From Ionaspis alba (lineage: Eukaryota): a DNA stretch of 46,444 bases. The stretch lies in assembly GCA_964255285.1 (NCBI GenBank), contig CAXUUL010000050.1:1-46444 (forward strand). Direction: 5' to 3'. The notes beneath the pieces were generated by a model that did not search any database, had not been told where the DNA came from, and saw nothing but the letters and a program-made list of their open reading frames with translations. Of this stretch, positions 22,887 through 35,566 are shown in pieces. A program made the translations under genes and the position numbers. Within the stretch, counting starts at the first letter, position 1; each line of letters begins with the position of its first letter.

Positions 22887-24623
22887 ATGACTATAGAACA
22901 TTTAACGAAAGAATGGCTGAGACTCGATCAAAATTCGTCAACGAGAGCGGAGATAGAAAACCTCTCGAAGGACAATCCCACTGAATTGAGGAGGCGAATG
23001 TCCCCCAGAATTGCGTTTGGTACTGCAGGGCTAAGAGCGCGGATGGAAGCTGGTTTCTCACGCATGAACGATCTCACGGTTATACAAACCTCTCATGGCT
23101 TAGCCCAGTACCTTCTCGACGATGTGCCAGGAGCTGCAAAAGCAGGCATCGTTATAGGCTACGATGGTAGGTACAATTCTAGACGCTTTGCGGAAGTGGC
23201 AGCTGCGACGTTTCATGCCAAAGGTCTCAAGGTCTGGTGGTATGGGAGTCTCGTCCATACACCTATGGTACCCTTCGGAGTAACACACCTCGACGCTGCC
23301 GCTGGGATAATGATCACAGCTAGCCACAACCCCAAGTATGATAATGGTTACAAGGTATATGGACGGAACGGCTGTCAAATCAATACACCAGTTGACGAGA
23401 AGATTGCTACGTCGATTCTAAACTGCCTTGAACCTCTTACATGGGATACTAGTATTGTTGCTACTATGGAGCCATGTGCCAAAAGCCTGGTTCCAAAGTA
23501 TCTGGATGAAGTCTTAGATCTTGTCGCGATACAGAGTGATCGACTTCCAAGATTCGTGTACACGCCTATGCATGGTGTAGGTCTTCAGTTCATGAAGGCT
23601 GCCCTCAACGGTATTCTTGCTAGAAACAGCGTTGGAGGCGCCAGAACATATGATGATTTGATGACTGTCGTTGAATCTCAGGCTCAACCTGATCCTGAGT
23701 TTTCGACCGTGCAGTTTCCAAATCCTGAAGAGAATGGAGCCCTTGATCTTGCTAAAGCACTTGCGGATCAGGATGGAATCACCTTGATTCTTGCGAATGA
23801 CCCTGATGCAGACCGCTTTGCGGTAGCAGAAAAGATTGACAGTGAATGGCACCAGTTCACTGGAGACCAACTTGGTGTGCTTCTAGGCTATTGGATGCTC
23901 ACAAGGAATCGATCCACGAAAGGATTAACCATGCTCACGTCGGCAGTGTCTTCTCAGATGCTGGCAGTCATGGCTAAGAAAGAAGGTTTCAACGTCGAAG
24001 AATGTCTAACTGGATTCAAGTGGCTCGGCAATCGCGCTTTGGAATTAGGGGAGCAGGCGGTATTCGGCTACGAAGAAGCCCTCGGTTACATGCCAACCAG
24101 AATTATACACGACAAGGATGGGATCTCTACGGCTATGTTGTTCCTGGAAGCTTGCTCCCACTGGACACTTTCCCCGTGGTTGACGCTCCAAGGCTTATAT
24201 CGGAAGTACGGCTATTTCGAAACCGTGAACACATATTGGAAGTGTACTGATAAAATCCTGATACTGAGAACATTTGACAACATCCGGAAAAATAAATCTT
24301 TACCGTTAACGAGAGAACTTGTGAGATTTAGAGATGTCACCCAATCTACAGACACAGCGTATGAAGACCACAAACCTCGTCTGCCATGTACACCGGACAC
24401 GCAAATGCTTACGTTCTGGTTCAGCGGTAACGTAAAGGATGACGGCATTCGTTTCACAATTCGAGGCTCAGGTACAGAGCCAAAGGTCAAGATCTACCTT
24501 GAGTGTCGGGGTCATGATCAGGCCACAGCACGGAGTGGAGCCTCGGAAGCGCTCAAGGTGATACGAAGAACCTGGTTTGCCGATCCTCGGCTTGAACTGG
24601 AGAAGAAGTATGAACTTGATTGA
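22887..24623 (+). CDS. PGM2-type alpha-D-phosphohexomutase (phosphoglucomutase/phosphoribomutase)
   Basis: FGTAGLR, catalytic TASHNP, metal loop DPDADR, TGFKW, GYEEALG, DKDG and RGSGTEPK. Intronless; first ATG at 22887. Confidence 0.92.
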   Translation: MTIEHLTKEWLRLDQNSSTRAEIENLSKDNPTELRRRMSPRIAFGTAGLRARMEAGFSRMNDLTVIQTSHGLAQYLLDDVPGAAKAGIVIGYDGRYNSRRFAEVAAATFHAKGLKVWWYGSLVHTPMVPFGVTHLDAAAGIMITASHNPKYDNGYKVYGRNGCQINTPVDEKIATSILNCLEPLTWDTSIVATMEPCAKSLVPKYLDEVLDLVAIQSDRLPRFVYTPMHGVGLQFMKAALNGILARNSVGGARTYDDLMTVVESQAQPDPEFSTVQFPNPEENGALDLAKALADQDGITLILANDPDADRFAVAEKIDSEWHQFTGDQLGVLLGYWMLTRNRSTKGLTMLTSAVSSQMLAVMAKKEGFNVEECLTGFKWLGNRALELGEQAVFGYEEALGYMPTRIIHDKDGISTAMLFLEACSHWTLSPWLTLQGLYRKYGYFETVNTYWKCTDKILILRTFDNIRKNKSLPLTRELVRFRDVTQSTDTAYEDHKPRLPCTPDTQMLTFWFSGNVKDDGIRFTIRGSGTEPKVKIYLECRGHDQATARSGASEALKVIRRTWFADPRLELEKKYELD

Positions 24624-25074
24624 TTGAACCAGTCTTACTCCTCAATACTAGAGCTTCATGGACGTTGGGGAGACCAAACCATTACTTACTTTCACCACTT
24701 CAGGATTGTGGCCGTATCTTGTGGTCCAATACAAGCATATCGATATAGAACTACTGAAAACCTCTGATTGCTTTAACGCAAACGAAGCCGGTTATACGAG
24801 CCTCGAAAGATACGAATCCTTCGCTGAGGGTTGTTGAACGAAGTATTGTGCTGAGTGTGACACGAACAGGGTTGATTGCCACTGTTTGTACGAACTGGTA
24901 GCAAACACGCCGGCGTCCTCTTAACCTCGATCTTTTTCCCAGCAAACGTGAATCCTTTCCACCAGGCTACTTGAAGCCCTTCTGATCAGCTACTATTCTA
25001 GACCAGCTCAATCTCAATCTCTTCAAACTCTACCATCTCGATCTCACATCACAAAGAGGTAACTATTACAGAAA

Positions 25075-25487
25075 ATGTTTGGGCTCCCTCACGGCTACTA
25101 CCCTGAGTCTTATGGCAACCACGATCATAGGCGGAATTTCTATGGCCGTCCAATGCTCCATGCTGACCATGGACTCGCCTCTGGCTACGAAGCTCCCAGA
25201 GTTCCCTACGTCGAACTCCCTCGACCGAAGCTTGGAGGTGGTAGGCTAGCTGGGGACAGATAGTAAGATTTCTCTGGATAGAGCAACAAGAGACCTAATA
25301 CTGATCGGACCATAGTGGTCAGCCTCGGATAGGTGGCTTTGCTACAGGACCTAGGGACTATGTTTTGGGAAGTCATGGGCATTATTCACCGGGATATGGA
25401 TATGCGGGCGGAATGATGCAGGGCGGAGGGTACATGAACCCTCCATGGGCACGCTTTCACGGACATTATGGGCGTGCCAGATACTAG
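25075..25487 (+). CDS. Small Gly/Tyr/His-rich hypothetical protein, 119 aa (exons 25075-25262, 25316-25487)
   Basis: The apparent stop TAG at 25261-25263 overlaps a GTAAGA donor. Intron 25263-25315 has CTAAT/CTGAT branch candidates and a CATAG acceptor. The spliced frame stays open to TAG at 25485-25487 with the same G/Y/H composition. Start context GAAAATG. Confidence 0.7.
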
Positions 25488-25710
25488 AGAGATGGCTGAG
25501 CGCTTCCTCTGCTTGTAGACCTTAGAGCTAGACGATAGAGAATCACTGTTCATTTGAGGCCTTAGTCCGGTCGGCTGTCAAATCTGCAGGTGACAGACTA
25601 AGATCAAGCAAAACTTTGAGACACTCCCCTGAACTCCTTCGCTATGCTGACAAGCCTGAAGCTAGCAAGTCACCCTGTCTACCCTTTGCGCTCCTGGGGT
25701 ATCATGACTG

Positions 25711-26742
25711 TCACGACTGCTGCAACCCTCCACTCAACGTAGACCAGCTCACGCCATGAATGCTTTTCTTCTCGTGAATCGACCTTGCCAAGTTGGCCGC
25801 CTCCTGTGACCGCCCGGTAGCAATCTTCCTCATCATAAGTGTGTCCTTCGCACCAAACAGTCCGGTCCCTTTGCCTTCCGCTAAGTACTCTTCGAGCCAC
25901 CTCTCCTCTTTGTCGTCAAGCGGCAGACCAATCAATTCCACGCCTCTTGCTGCTCGAATCTCCCCGCCCGCATTCCCATGTATGAAGTCGATTAGCCGCT
26001 CGAAAAGATGCTGGTGTATCAACTCGCCATGGCTGCGCGAAAAGTAGAATGCTTCGGTAATGCTCGCTTGGCACATAGTTGCGAAGAACACGTCTAGGAC
26101 TTTGGAGGATGTGAGAACGGGTTGGACTGTGTGGTAATAGGCGAGGGGGAGGGTCGGATCATGCTTGGAGTGTGTGCAAAGCGTATAGAGAATTTCCTGG
26201 GGGAAGGTGGGAATGAGGCAGGGTTCGGTCAGATAGTCAAGAGCTTTCTATTGAGCTGTTAGTAAGTTTGTGGCCCACGTTTGGAGGCATTGGTGGGGTA
26301 TTTACCTCAAATTGGAGCCTGTCGAGATACCAGATTCCCTCGACAAAGATCTGGTATTTGCTTGGGAGAAAACAATCTTTGGCATATTTATCGGCACTTC
26401 GTGACCTGTGGGAGAGGTCTTTCAGGATATAGTAGATGAGAGACTGTTTATGGTGGTCTGGAGAAGGGCTGTTGGCAATTCCATCATAGAGACCTTGCAG
26501 GTCTTGGTTTGAGCGTGGAGGGTAGAGTTTTGAAGCTGCAGCAATACTCAGCATCTAACGACGGTAGGCATAAATTTGCGCCGATATACCTTGATCAATG
26601 CCTACAGCTTTCAGCAGTCTGTCGAAGAAGAGCTCGTGTTCCAACGACCGGCGGTGTTTGTTGATGTCCTCGATTGTCTTGCCGTTGTAGGCAAGACCTG
26701 GGTCAGAACCGAATATTGTATGAAAGTTTTCTGAGTCCCCCA
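25711..26742 (-). CDS. ELYS-like nuclear pore assembly protein (short fungal form)
   Basis: LFFDRLLKAVGI, YPPRSNQDL, HHKQSLIYYILKD, GIWYLDRLQFEKALDYLTEP, LALAY-like LPLAYYHTVQP, SITEAFYFSR, LPLDDKEERWLEEYL. Introns 26589-26536 and 26305-26248. Confidence 0.82.
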
Positions 26743-26940
26743 TGACAAACACTGAAATGTCCACACTTAAACGTCTGGATGTGGAATGTCTGGAGCTTCT
26801 GCGACTTTCATTAGCAGAACACGATGGATCCTTAGCGCGGGGCCACGAGTCGCATAAGGCTGATAAAGTCCGAAGTAAACAAAGCGCTCCCTTTTCCAAC
26901 AAACTCGATACTCATCACTAGAACTGCGCCTCGCCCAGGA

Positions 26941-29900
26941 ATGGCTTCCATATCACCCACGCGACCGTCGCGCCGAGCTGCCACAAAGAAGAAAATAATT
27001 GTTGACGAGTCAGACGAGGAAGACGTTGGGGCCACACAACGAACGCGGGACGAGGACGAGGGGGACTTTACACCAGCACCACAGCGGAGTCCGCGGCGAC
27101 AGAGCCGGCGTAAAACCACAGATGTACCACCTACCCCGAGTACCGCTGCGCGCAATCGGCGGGCCAGGACGGGAGAGAGTATCGAGCCATCTCAGATATT
27201 CGATCCAGAAGAAAGCATTCCGCCAGTGCCCGTGTCACCTACAAAGCGAGCTTCCCCGAGAAAACGCAAAAGCACGGCTCCCGCGAGGAAAAGCCGTGCT
27301 TCTTTCTCCGCAGAGGCCCCCCAGCTTCCCACTCCTCAGGCTTCGGCTACTCCAGAACCCTCACAACTACATGGCACACCTCTAGGGGACATCACAACTG
27401 CTACGATCAATGAGCGACCTGCAACTGCAGAGTCTCAGAGGGAAGTGGTCAAGATTAAACCATTAGACACTGTCTTGGAGAAACCCATGGACATTGTTAT
27501 AAGGACAAGAGCGCTGGGAGGACCTCAAACACAAGAACCAGCAGGGTCTAGATCAAGGACGGTAATCCAATACCTTGTCCTCAACAACTTCAAAAGTTAT
27601 GCTGGACGACAAGAAGTCGGCCCCTTCCATGCCTCGTTTTCATCCGTCGTTGGACCCAATGGATCGGGGAAGTCGAACGTCATTGATTCTCTGCTATTTG
27701 TCTTCGGGTTTCGTGCCAGTAAAATGCGGCAGGGCAAAATATCAGCGCTAATCCACAACTCAGCCGGATTTCCGGATCTAGAATTTTGCGAAGTTGAAGT
27801 CCATTTTCAGGAAGTCGTCGATCTGGTAGGATTTACTCGAATGTGTCTTGATCTGTATCTGACGTTATCTAGCCCGGTGGAGGACATGAGATGGTTCCTG
27901 AGTCGACCTTGATAATATCCCGCAAAGCTTTCAAGAACAATTCGAGCAAATACTACATAAATACGCGGGAGTCAAACTTTACTGCCGTAACGACGCTTCT
28001 AAAGGACAGAGGTGTAGACCTCGATCACAAGAGGTTTCTTATTCTGCAAGGTGAAGTCGAATCGATTGCTCAAATGAAACCAAAAGCCGCGACTGAGCAC
28101 GACGATGGACTATTAGAGTACCTGGAGGATATTATTGGGACATCCAAGTACAAGACACCAATCGAGGAGTCTGCCACTGAGGTCGAGACGTTGAACGAGG
28201 TGTGCGTTGAGAAAAGCTCTCGAGTACAGCATGTAGAGAAAGAGAAGAACAGTCTTGAAGACAAGAAGAATAAGGCGCTGGCATACATCAAGGACGAGAA
28301 CGAGCTTGCTTACAAACAATCAGCTCTGTATCAAGTGTACATTGATGAGTGCAACGACAATCTCAAAGTCACGGAGGAGGCAATTGGACAGATGCAGGGC
28401 CAACTTGACGAGGAACTTTCGAAACATCAAGGCAACGAGGATGGTATCAAACAGTTGCAGTCATCCTACAAGCGTGGCTTGAAGGACTATGAGAGCCTCG
28501 AAAAGACCACGCAAGCAATAATCAAAGAGGTGGCTAAGTACGACAAGGAGCGGGTCAAATTCGAGGAGAAAAGAAAGTTTCTGTCAGGCAAACAGAAGAA
28601 GCTCGAGAAGGCTTTGCAATCAAGTCGATTGGCTGGTTCCGAGGCCAATAGTCTGGTAGGAAAGCACTCAGATGATATTGAACGAAATACGGCCGAGATT
28701 ACAGCATTAGAGAAAAGCATGAAGGCCGAAGCTAAGGAGTTGGACATTATCCGAGAAAGCCTCAAAGGAAAAACGCAAGCATTCTCAGACGAGATCGCGA
28801 TCAAGCAAAAGTCGCTCGAGCCCTGGAACGAGAAGATCAACCAGAAACAGTCTGCCATTGCTGTAGCACAGAGTGAGCTCGATATCTTGCGAGAGCGAGC
28901 TTCAGCCGGGGAAGTTGCTCTCGAGGAAGCCAGAAACAAGATGGGAGCTGTAGAAGAAAGCCGGAACACGAAGATCGAAGGACTCGATGCTATCAAGGCT
29001 CAGCGGGTTCAGCTCGAGAAGGAATGCAAAAAGGTTCAGATCGAACTTGCAAAGCTTGCTCAAAATGAGCCAGAGATGCGGTCGCAGCTATCTGGTGCTC
29101 GACAAAAAGCTGATGAAGCTCGAGCCAGCCTCTCGAACACTCAGAGTCAGGGCAACGTCCTAAGTGGACTCATGAGATTGAAAGATTCGGGACGCATCGA
29201 AGGGTTTCATGGTCGACTTGGAAACCTGGGTACCATCGATCAGAAATACGACGTTGCCATATCGACGGCCTGTCCTTCGCTGGAGAACCTGGTTGTCGAC
29301 TCCGTCGAAGTTGGTCAACAATGCATCGACTATCTTCGAAAGAACAACCTAGGGCGTGCTAACATCATCCTTCTCGATCGCCTAGCTAGACGCGATCTGG
29401 CCACACTGGATACTCCTGAAGGTGTTCCCAGGCTATTTGACCTCGTCGAGTCCAAGGACGAGAGGTTCCGGCCGGCATTCTTCAGCGTATTGCAGAACAC
29501 CTTGGTCGCCAAAGATCTAGAGCAAGCTAATCGCATTGCCTATGGTGCTCGAAGGTGGAGAGTGGTCACTTTGGACGGTCAACTGATCGATGTCTCTGGC
29601 ACAATGAGTGGTGGCGGAACTCGAGTAGCTAGAGGAGGTATGTCCTCAAAGCTTGTTGCAGAGACTAGCAAGGAGCAGGTCGCGAAGCTGGAGGTCGATC
29701 GTGATGAGCTGGAGCAGAAATTCCAAGCTTTTCAAGAGAAGCAGCGAGAACTCGAAAGGAGCTCGAAGGAGCTCAGTCAGCAAATACCGCAACTAGAGAC
29801 ACAGATCCAGAAGCTGACCTTGGAAATCGAGAGCTCGAATCGCAATCTTGCGGATGCACAGCGACGTATCACTGAGCTGACTGGTGAGCAGCAGCCTTCG

Positions 29901-31490
29901 AAGTCCGACGAGTCTCGCGTAGCTACGCTCGAGAAACAAATAGTCCAATTGGAGAAAGAGCTTTCCAAACTCCATGCACAATCCGAAGGGTTGGAAACAG
30001 AGATCAGAGAGCTGCAGGATAAGATCATGGAAGTTGGGGGAGTTAGACTGCGAGGACAGAAGGCGAAGGTCGATGGTCTCAAAGAACAGATAGACTCCCT
30101 AGGAGACGAGATCTCCAACGCCGAAGTTTCGAGGTCGAAGGCAGAAAAAGACAAGGCAAAGCACGAGAAAGTCCATGCTCAAGCGGAGCAGGATCTTGTC
30201 ACAGCTGCCGAAGAGTTTGAAGAGCTGGAGGCTGAAGCTACCAACCACGCGAACGATGCCTCCGGATCAAGACAAAGAGCAGAGGAAGCTCAAGAGGTAA
30301 CATTAACTCCATTTCGCCGCACCAGTATGAAACTACTAACGTTCAAATGAACAGGGCCTCGATACTAAGAAAGAAGAACTAGATAATATCAAACGAGAAC
30401 TGGACGAGAGGACCACGGCTCTCAATGAGATCCGTGCCATCGAGATCGAGATGAAGAACAAATTGGAGGAAAATCAAAAGGTTCTGACCGAGAACCAGAA
30501 ACGACTCCGATACTGGTCAGAAAAGCTCGGCAAGCTTAACATTCAGTGCATCAGGCAAGACTTTCCAGTGCAGTGATAATACCCTGTTACTGACCAGACG
30601 ACCTAGCGATCTCGGCGAAGAGCAAGAAGCTCAGGATCTGCCGCAGTACACCAAAGACGAGCTGCTAGATATGGACAAAGCCAGCCTCAAAGCTGAGATC
30701 GCTGCTCTAGAAGAGAAGACTCAAAATGTCAATGTCGAACTAGGCGTCCTCGCTGAATACCGCCGACGGGTTGAGGAACACACGTCCAGAACGAGCGATC
30801 TTCAATCTGCCATCACATCTCGCGACACAGCCAAGAAGCGTTGCGATGACCTGCGTAAGCTCCGTCTGGAAGGTTTCATGGAGGGTTTCAGTATGATATC
30901 CCTTCGTCTGAAGGAGATGTACCAAATGATCACCATGGGCGGGAACGCAGAACTGGAGCTTGTCGACTCGTTAGATCCGTTCTCCGAGGGGATACTGTTC
31001 AGTGTCATGCCACCTAAAAAGTCGTGGAAAAATATCTCTAATCTTTCGGGTGGCGAGAAGACGCTGAGTAGTTTGGCATTGGTGTTTGCGTTGCATCATT
31101 ACAAGCCAACGCCGTTGTACGTCATGGATGAGATTGATGCGGCGTTGGATTTCAGAAATGTGGGTCTGCTCCGGAGTGTCAGGTGTAAGATCGAAAGCCA
31201 GGCTGATGGATCATAGGTTTCAATTGTGGCAAGCTACATCAAGGAGAGAACGAAGAACGCGCAATTCATTGTGATTTCATTGAGAAACAACATGGTAAAT
31301 TATCCTCAAATCAGTGGATCAGAATATTGGACTGATAGAAATAGTTTGAACTTGCATCACGGTTGGTTGGGGTGTACAAGGTCAATCACATGGTGCGTGA
31401 TCTCCGTACATCTTGCATTGTCCAGGTACTAATGTAGATCAGACGAAGAGTGTCACCATCGAGAATATTGATTACATCAATCGCCGGTAA
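26941..31490 (+). CDS. SMC4: Condensin subunit Smc4 (Cut3)
   Basis: NFKSYAG, Walker A GPNGSGKSN, RFLILQGEVESIAQMK, hinge GRLGNLG...SGTMSGGG, signature LSGGEKT, Walker B YVMDEIDAALD. Introns 27826-27872, 30297-30354, 30555-30606 (GC-AG), 31160-31216, 31295-31344 and 31393-31442. Confidence 0.97.
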
Positions 31491-31747
31491 TGGGCAATGA
31501 TGTGATCAGCATACAGACGTCGTAATCAAGGATCATCAATTTGGAGTATTGGTTAATGGGAATGGTCATCAATCTAGGATGCGGTCTTGGCAGAATGTGT
31601 GTCCTGTTGTATATTTTGGGAGTGGTGTCCTCCATTGGATTCGAACACTGCTCGACGGCGAGTCCTTGACAGAACAGGAGTAAATATAGTGTTGCCACCT
31701 CGCAGTATGGGTATTATGAATGTGGTCCTCGACGAAAAAATCTGCAC

Positions 31748-32283
31748 CTAAGTTTTCTTCTCCGAATCAGCACCACCGACTTTCCTCTTCTTCGCCTTTG
31801 CTTTCTTTCTCCCACTTCGATCACGTTTTCTTAGACCTTGCATACCCGATTTGCAGACGTCGGCATATCGTGTGTAGAAGGCCTCTAGCGAATCTGGTTG
31901 GACGATAGTAGCCAGCTTGATCTTGTCTTTGAGCTTATCCTTAGATTTCCCATTGGTCGCCCTCATTATGACAGGCAGTGGTGAAGCTGGGTGAAGATCC
32001 GCGAAGGGGTCATCGAGCACTTTTGTTGCCAGTGGTGGACTGGAAGTGGGAGATATATCGCTGCCATATGTCACTGCAGCGGCTTCAGTAAGAGGAGCTT
32101 CCATGTATAACATGGGAAGACACAGACTCCGCTTCTGCTCTAGGAAAATCGACCCATGGTCAGCCTTCCTCGTTGTATCAAATAACTCTGCTAGTCGAAC
32201 GAAGAACTGCTGGCAGTGAGCTTATGTCTGATCGACCAGAGTCGCTTGTCTACCTCATCGGTGTCCAAATGACGACCGACCAT
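31748..32283 (-). CDS. SRP14: Signal recognition particle 14 kDa subunit
   Basis: HLDTDEFFVRLAELF, HGSIFLEQKR, IMRATNGK, KIKLATIVQPDSLEAFYTRYADVCKSGM, LRKRDR plus a Lys-rich tail. Introns 32253-32207 and 32127-32074. Confidence 0.92.
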
Positions 32284-32494
32284 TATGCTCAATTCTAGAC
32301 ATATATCTTGACAGCGACTGCAGCGTAGATACCAGTTTAGCAGCAATGTAATCCGCAAGCAGTCGACAAAACAGTTAGCCGGCCTCCACTATGGTGTTGG
32401 GTGGTTGGCGCGGTGGGATGGGTCCCTGCGCCAAGCCTCTCCCCTCCACCCACATCGAGCCCCGCGAACTTTTTCTTCGGGCACAATCAACAGG

Positions 32495-35167
32495 ATGCGC
32501 CAACCTGCTCACAAAACCACAAAGCTTCCGCGACAGCTTTTAGATGAGCTTGGTCTCAACGGTGTGTTGAGCCCTTATCGAATATGGTAGCGTCGAGTCT
32601 CATGGCTTACTTTAGCAGATGTCGGCACCACCCGGGGAAAGCGCATAGGTCCTAAAGACCGTAAGGAGCGACGAAAGGCCTGGAGGATAGAGAAGAAGAC
32701 AAAAAGGGCCCGACCGACTTCTGAGCGTCATGATAGAGATAGACAAGTGTCAGTGAGGTCCAAAAGTCACCACTCATTGGAAGATTCGGCTGGTTCCGAG
32801 GATTTAACTTCCAATGAATCGACCATTGAAAGTGTACCTCGACCAAAATCGATATTAAAGGCTGCGAAGCCTCATCTACCAAGTGTGTCTACCCTCCAAG
32901 GTAGCGATAGCGAAGCTGTGCAACCGCGTATCTCGAAGGGTTTGAGGGACAGGCTTGCTGCAGATGACGCAGAAATTGAAGCTTTGGAACGGGCGCTGGG
33001 GGTGAAAGGGAAGGACTTGACCAAAACTTTTGAGGATGATGGACTCGGTGACTTGCTGGATAATCTAGATGGTGAATGGCCGGCACCTGGGAAGCGAAAA
33101 CGGACCGGAGAGGACGAATGGTTGGAACAGAAGCGGAGAAAAGCTCGTCAGCTCCACGCTGCCCCCGGTCAAGATGAGAATCACCCTGGCGTTCGCTCAG
33201 AAGGAACAGAAAGCTACGGCAATGCTTCTCAGAATGAAGAGGTTTTAGATTCTGGTGAATATCAGGGAACTGAACAAGCATCCTTCGATGGATTCGAATC
33301 AGAATCCGAGGTCGTGGACAAGAGGCCGTCGAGAACAAGAGAGAACCCTTACGTAGCACCTTTGACAACAGGTACGCACAACGCTTCAACGTCCACAAAA
33401 TATGTTCCACCCTCGATGCGGGTAGCACAAATCGGGGAGACCGAAAATCTCAGTCGACTACGTCGCCAGATACAGGGACTACTCAATCGTCTTTCAGAAG
33501 CCAACATACTTTCTATACTTAACGATGTCGAGAAGCTGTATCGAGAACACCCTCGCCAGCATGTAGCCACTACGCTGATTGATCTCCTGGTGGGACTCTT
33601 GAATGATCCTACGAGTCTGCAGGATACCTTCATTATCCTACACGCTGGATTTATAGCTGCAATATACAAGGTCGTGGGAACCGATTTCGGTGCTCAGGTT
33701 GTGCAGAGAGTGGTAGAAGAGTTTGACAATATCCATACGACGAAGATCACTGGAGATAGTAAAGGAAAGAACTCGACAAATCTCATCTCTCTACTTGCAG
33801 AACTGTACAACTTTCAAGTCATAGGCAGTGGCTTGGTTTATGACTTTATTCGAATCTTTCTTCAAGACCTCTCCGAGTCGAATACAGAGCTGTTGCTCAA
33901 AGTCATCCGGAGTAGACTCCCCCGTCGGCTTTCAAGAATTGTACTTACCATCTGTTAGATTCTGGTCCTCAATTGAGGCATGACGATCCATCTTCATTGA
34001 AAGACATTGTGCTTTTATTACATCCCTCGATAGCAAAGCTTGGTTTGGAGAATCTCTCGGTCAGGACAAAATTCATGATTGAGACTATCAATAACCTCAA
34101 GAACAATCGCATGAAGACTGGGCTTGCAGCGTCTAGTATTGCTTCTGAACACACGATTCGTATGAAAAAGACATTGGGCTCATTGAGTTCCCGCAGCATT
34201 AAAGCAAGCGAACCTTTACGCATCAATCTCAAGGACATCAGAGAGACCGAGAAAAGGGGTAAATGGTGGTTAGTGGGTGCTAGCTACAGAGATGATGACA
34301 TGGGAGACAAGCACGACCCCTACGAGATTGAAGTCCCAAATCCCCCCGTGAGCGATGAGGAAAATGGTGACACAACCTCGGGCGTTCCCGATCTTGTTCA
34401 ACTCGCCAAGGCACACCGCATGAACACTGATATTCGCCGCTCCATCTTTATCACTATCATGTCATCCACTGACTACCGAGATGCTCATATGCGGCTCTTG
34501 AAACTCCGCCTCAAGAAGTCCCAAGAGCTGGAGATCCCGAAAGTCGTAATTCACTGCGCTGGTGCGGAGAGAGTGTACAACCCATTCTATACTCTCATCT
34601 CTAGGCGATTGTGCTCAGATCGGAAGCTGAAGATGGCATTGCAGTTCTCGCTTTGGGATCTGTTCAAAAGGATGGGTGAGGGAGAAGACGGGGTGGAAGT
34701 ATATGAAAAGGATGAGGAAAGGGATGGCCTGGGCATGAGAGAGATCGTGAATCTAGCCAAGATGTTTGGAGTGCTGGTTGCAGACGGAGGGCTGGGGCTT
34801 GGAATACTGAAGGTAGGTTGTGTTTGTTTCTTCCGACAGCCGAATTGCTAATCGTTCTCAGACGTTGAATCTCGCCTATCTGCAACCCAAGACCCGAACA
34901 TTCGTGGAGCTCTTTCTTATCACCGTCCTTGTACAATCTCAGCTAGGAGCAGAGGGTAAGAGGAATGAGAAGGCCGTCATGGACATCTTCTTGACATTGA
35001 AGGACGTTCCCGAGCTGACAACGGGCCTACAATTCTTTATGAAGAAGGTGGTAAGGAAGACGGATGTAGCTGGGAGCAAGCAGGATCAGGCTACTGTGAA
35101 ATGGGGCTGTAAGGTAGCAGATGATGCTCTGACTGCACTCGCTTCTACAACTATCGCTGAGGAGTGA
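32495..35167 (+). CDS. SGD1: Nucleolar MIF4G/MA3 protein Sgd1 (NOM1)
   Basis: KLPRQLLDELG, KYVPPSMR, QGLLNRLSEAN, LAELYNFQV, GKWWLVGAS, MNTDIRRSIF, YNPFY. Introns 32562-32618, 33912-33958 and 34813-34861. Confidence 0.92.
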
Positions 35168-35566
35168 AATACATTTAATGCAGCATGATTTATGATTGAA
35201 TGAAATTTCAATTGGTGCTGAGAAAACGGGTCTGACAGCGGTGTGGTGCAAGACGGTTTATCTATAACTACGAGGAAGGTCTTTCCATCCCTCCGGACTA
35301 AATTATTCCCGGTTCATTTCACTGGGCGTTCTTGCCCGTTATCCCTCCTACACAGTGCGTATACTTACTCGTAGAGCCTCGATTAAAATAAGCGCGAAAA
35401 GTTTCTCGTGGGGATGCTAGTGCGCAATCAAGCGCCAAGCCTCTCCTACAATGCTCGAGGGTTGAAGAGCGGAGCTATCCCAAACACGCCGAACTTCCAC
35501 AACTGATCTGTCACCTTCCTTTATTGACTCTTGGACATTCTTGTCCAGCTAGAGTTATCCTCAAAT

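Noticed and set aside
20702..24623. Desaturase plus phosphomutase as a possible metabolic gene cluster
   Set aside because: No backbone synthase, transporter or cluster regulator, and no direct pathway link between the two enzymes.
25598..25610. CTAAGATCAAG resembling part of U2 snRNA
   Set aside because: The branch-pairing GTAGTA and the rest of U2 are absent.
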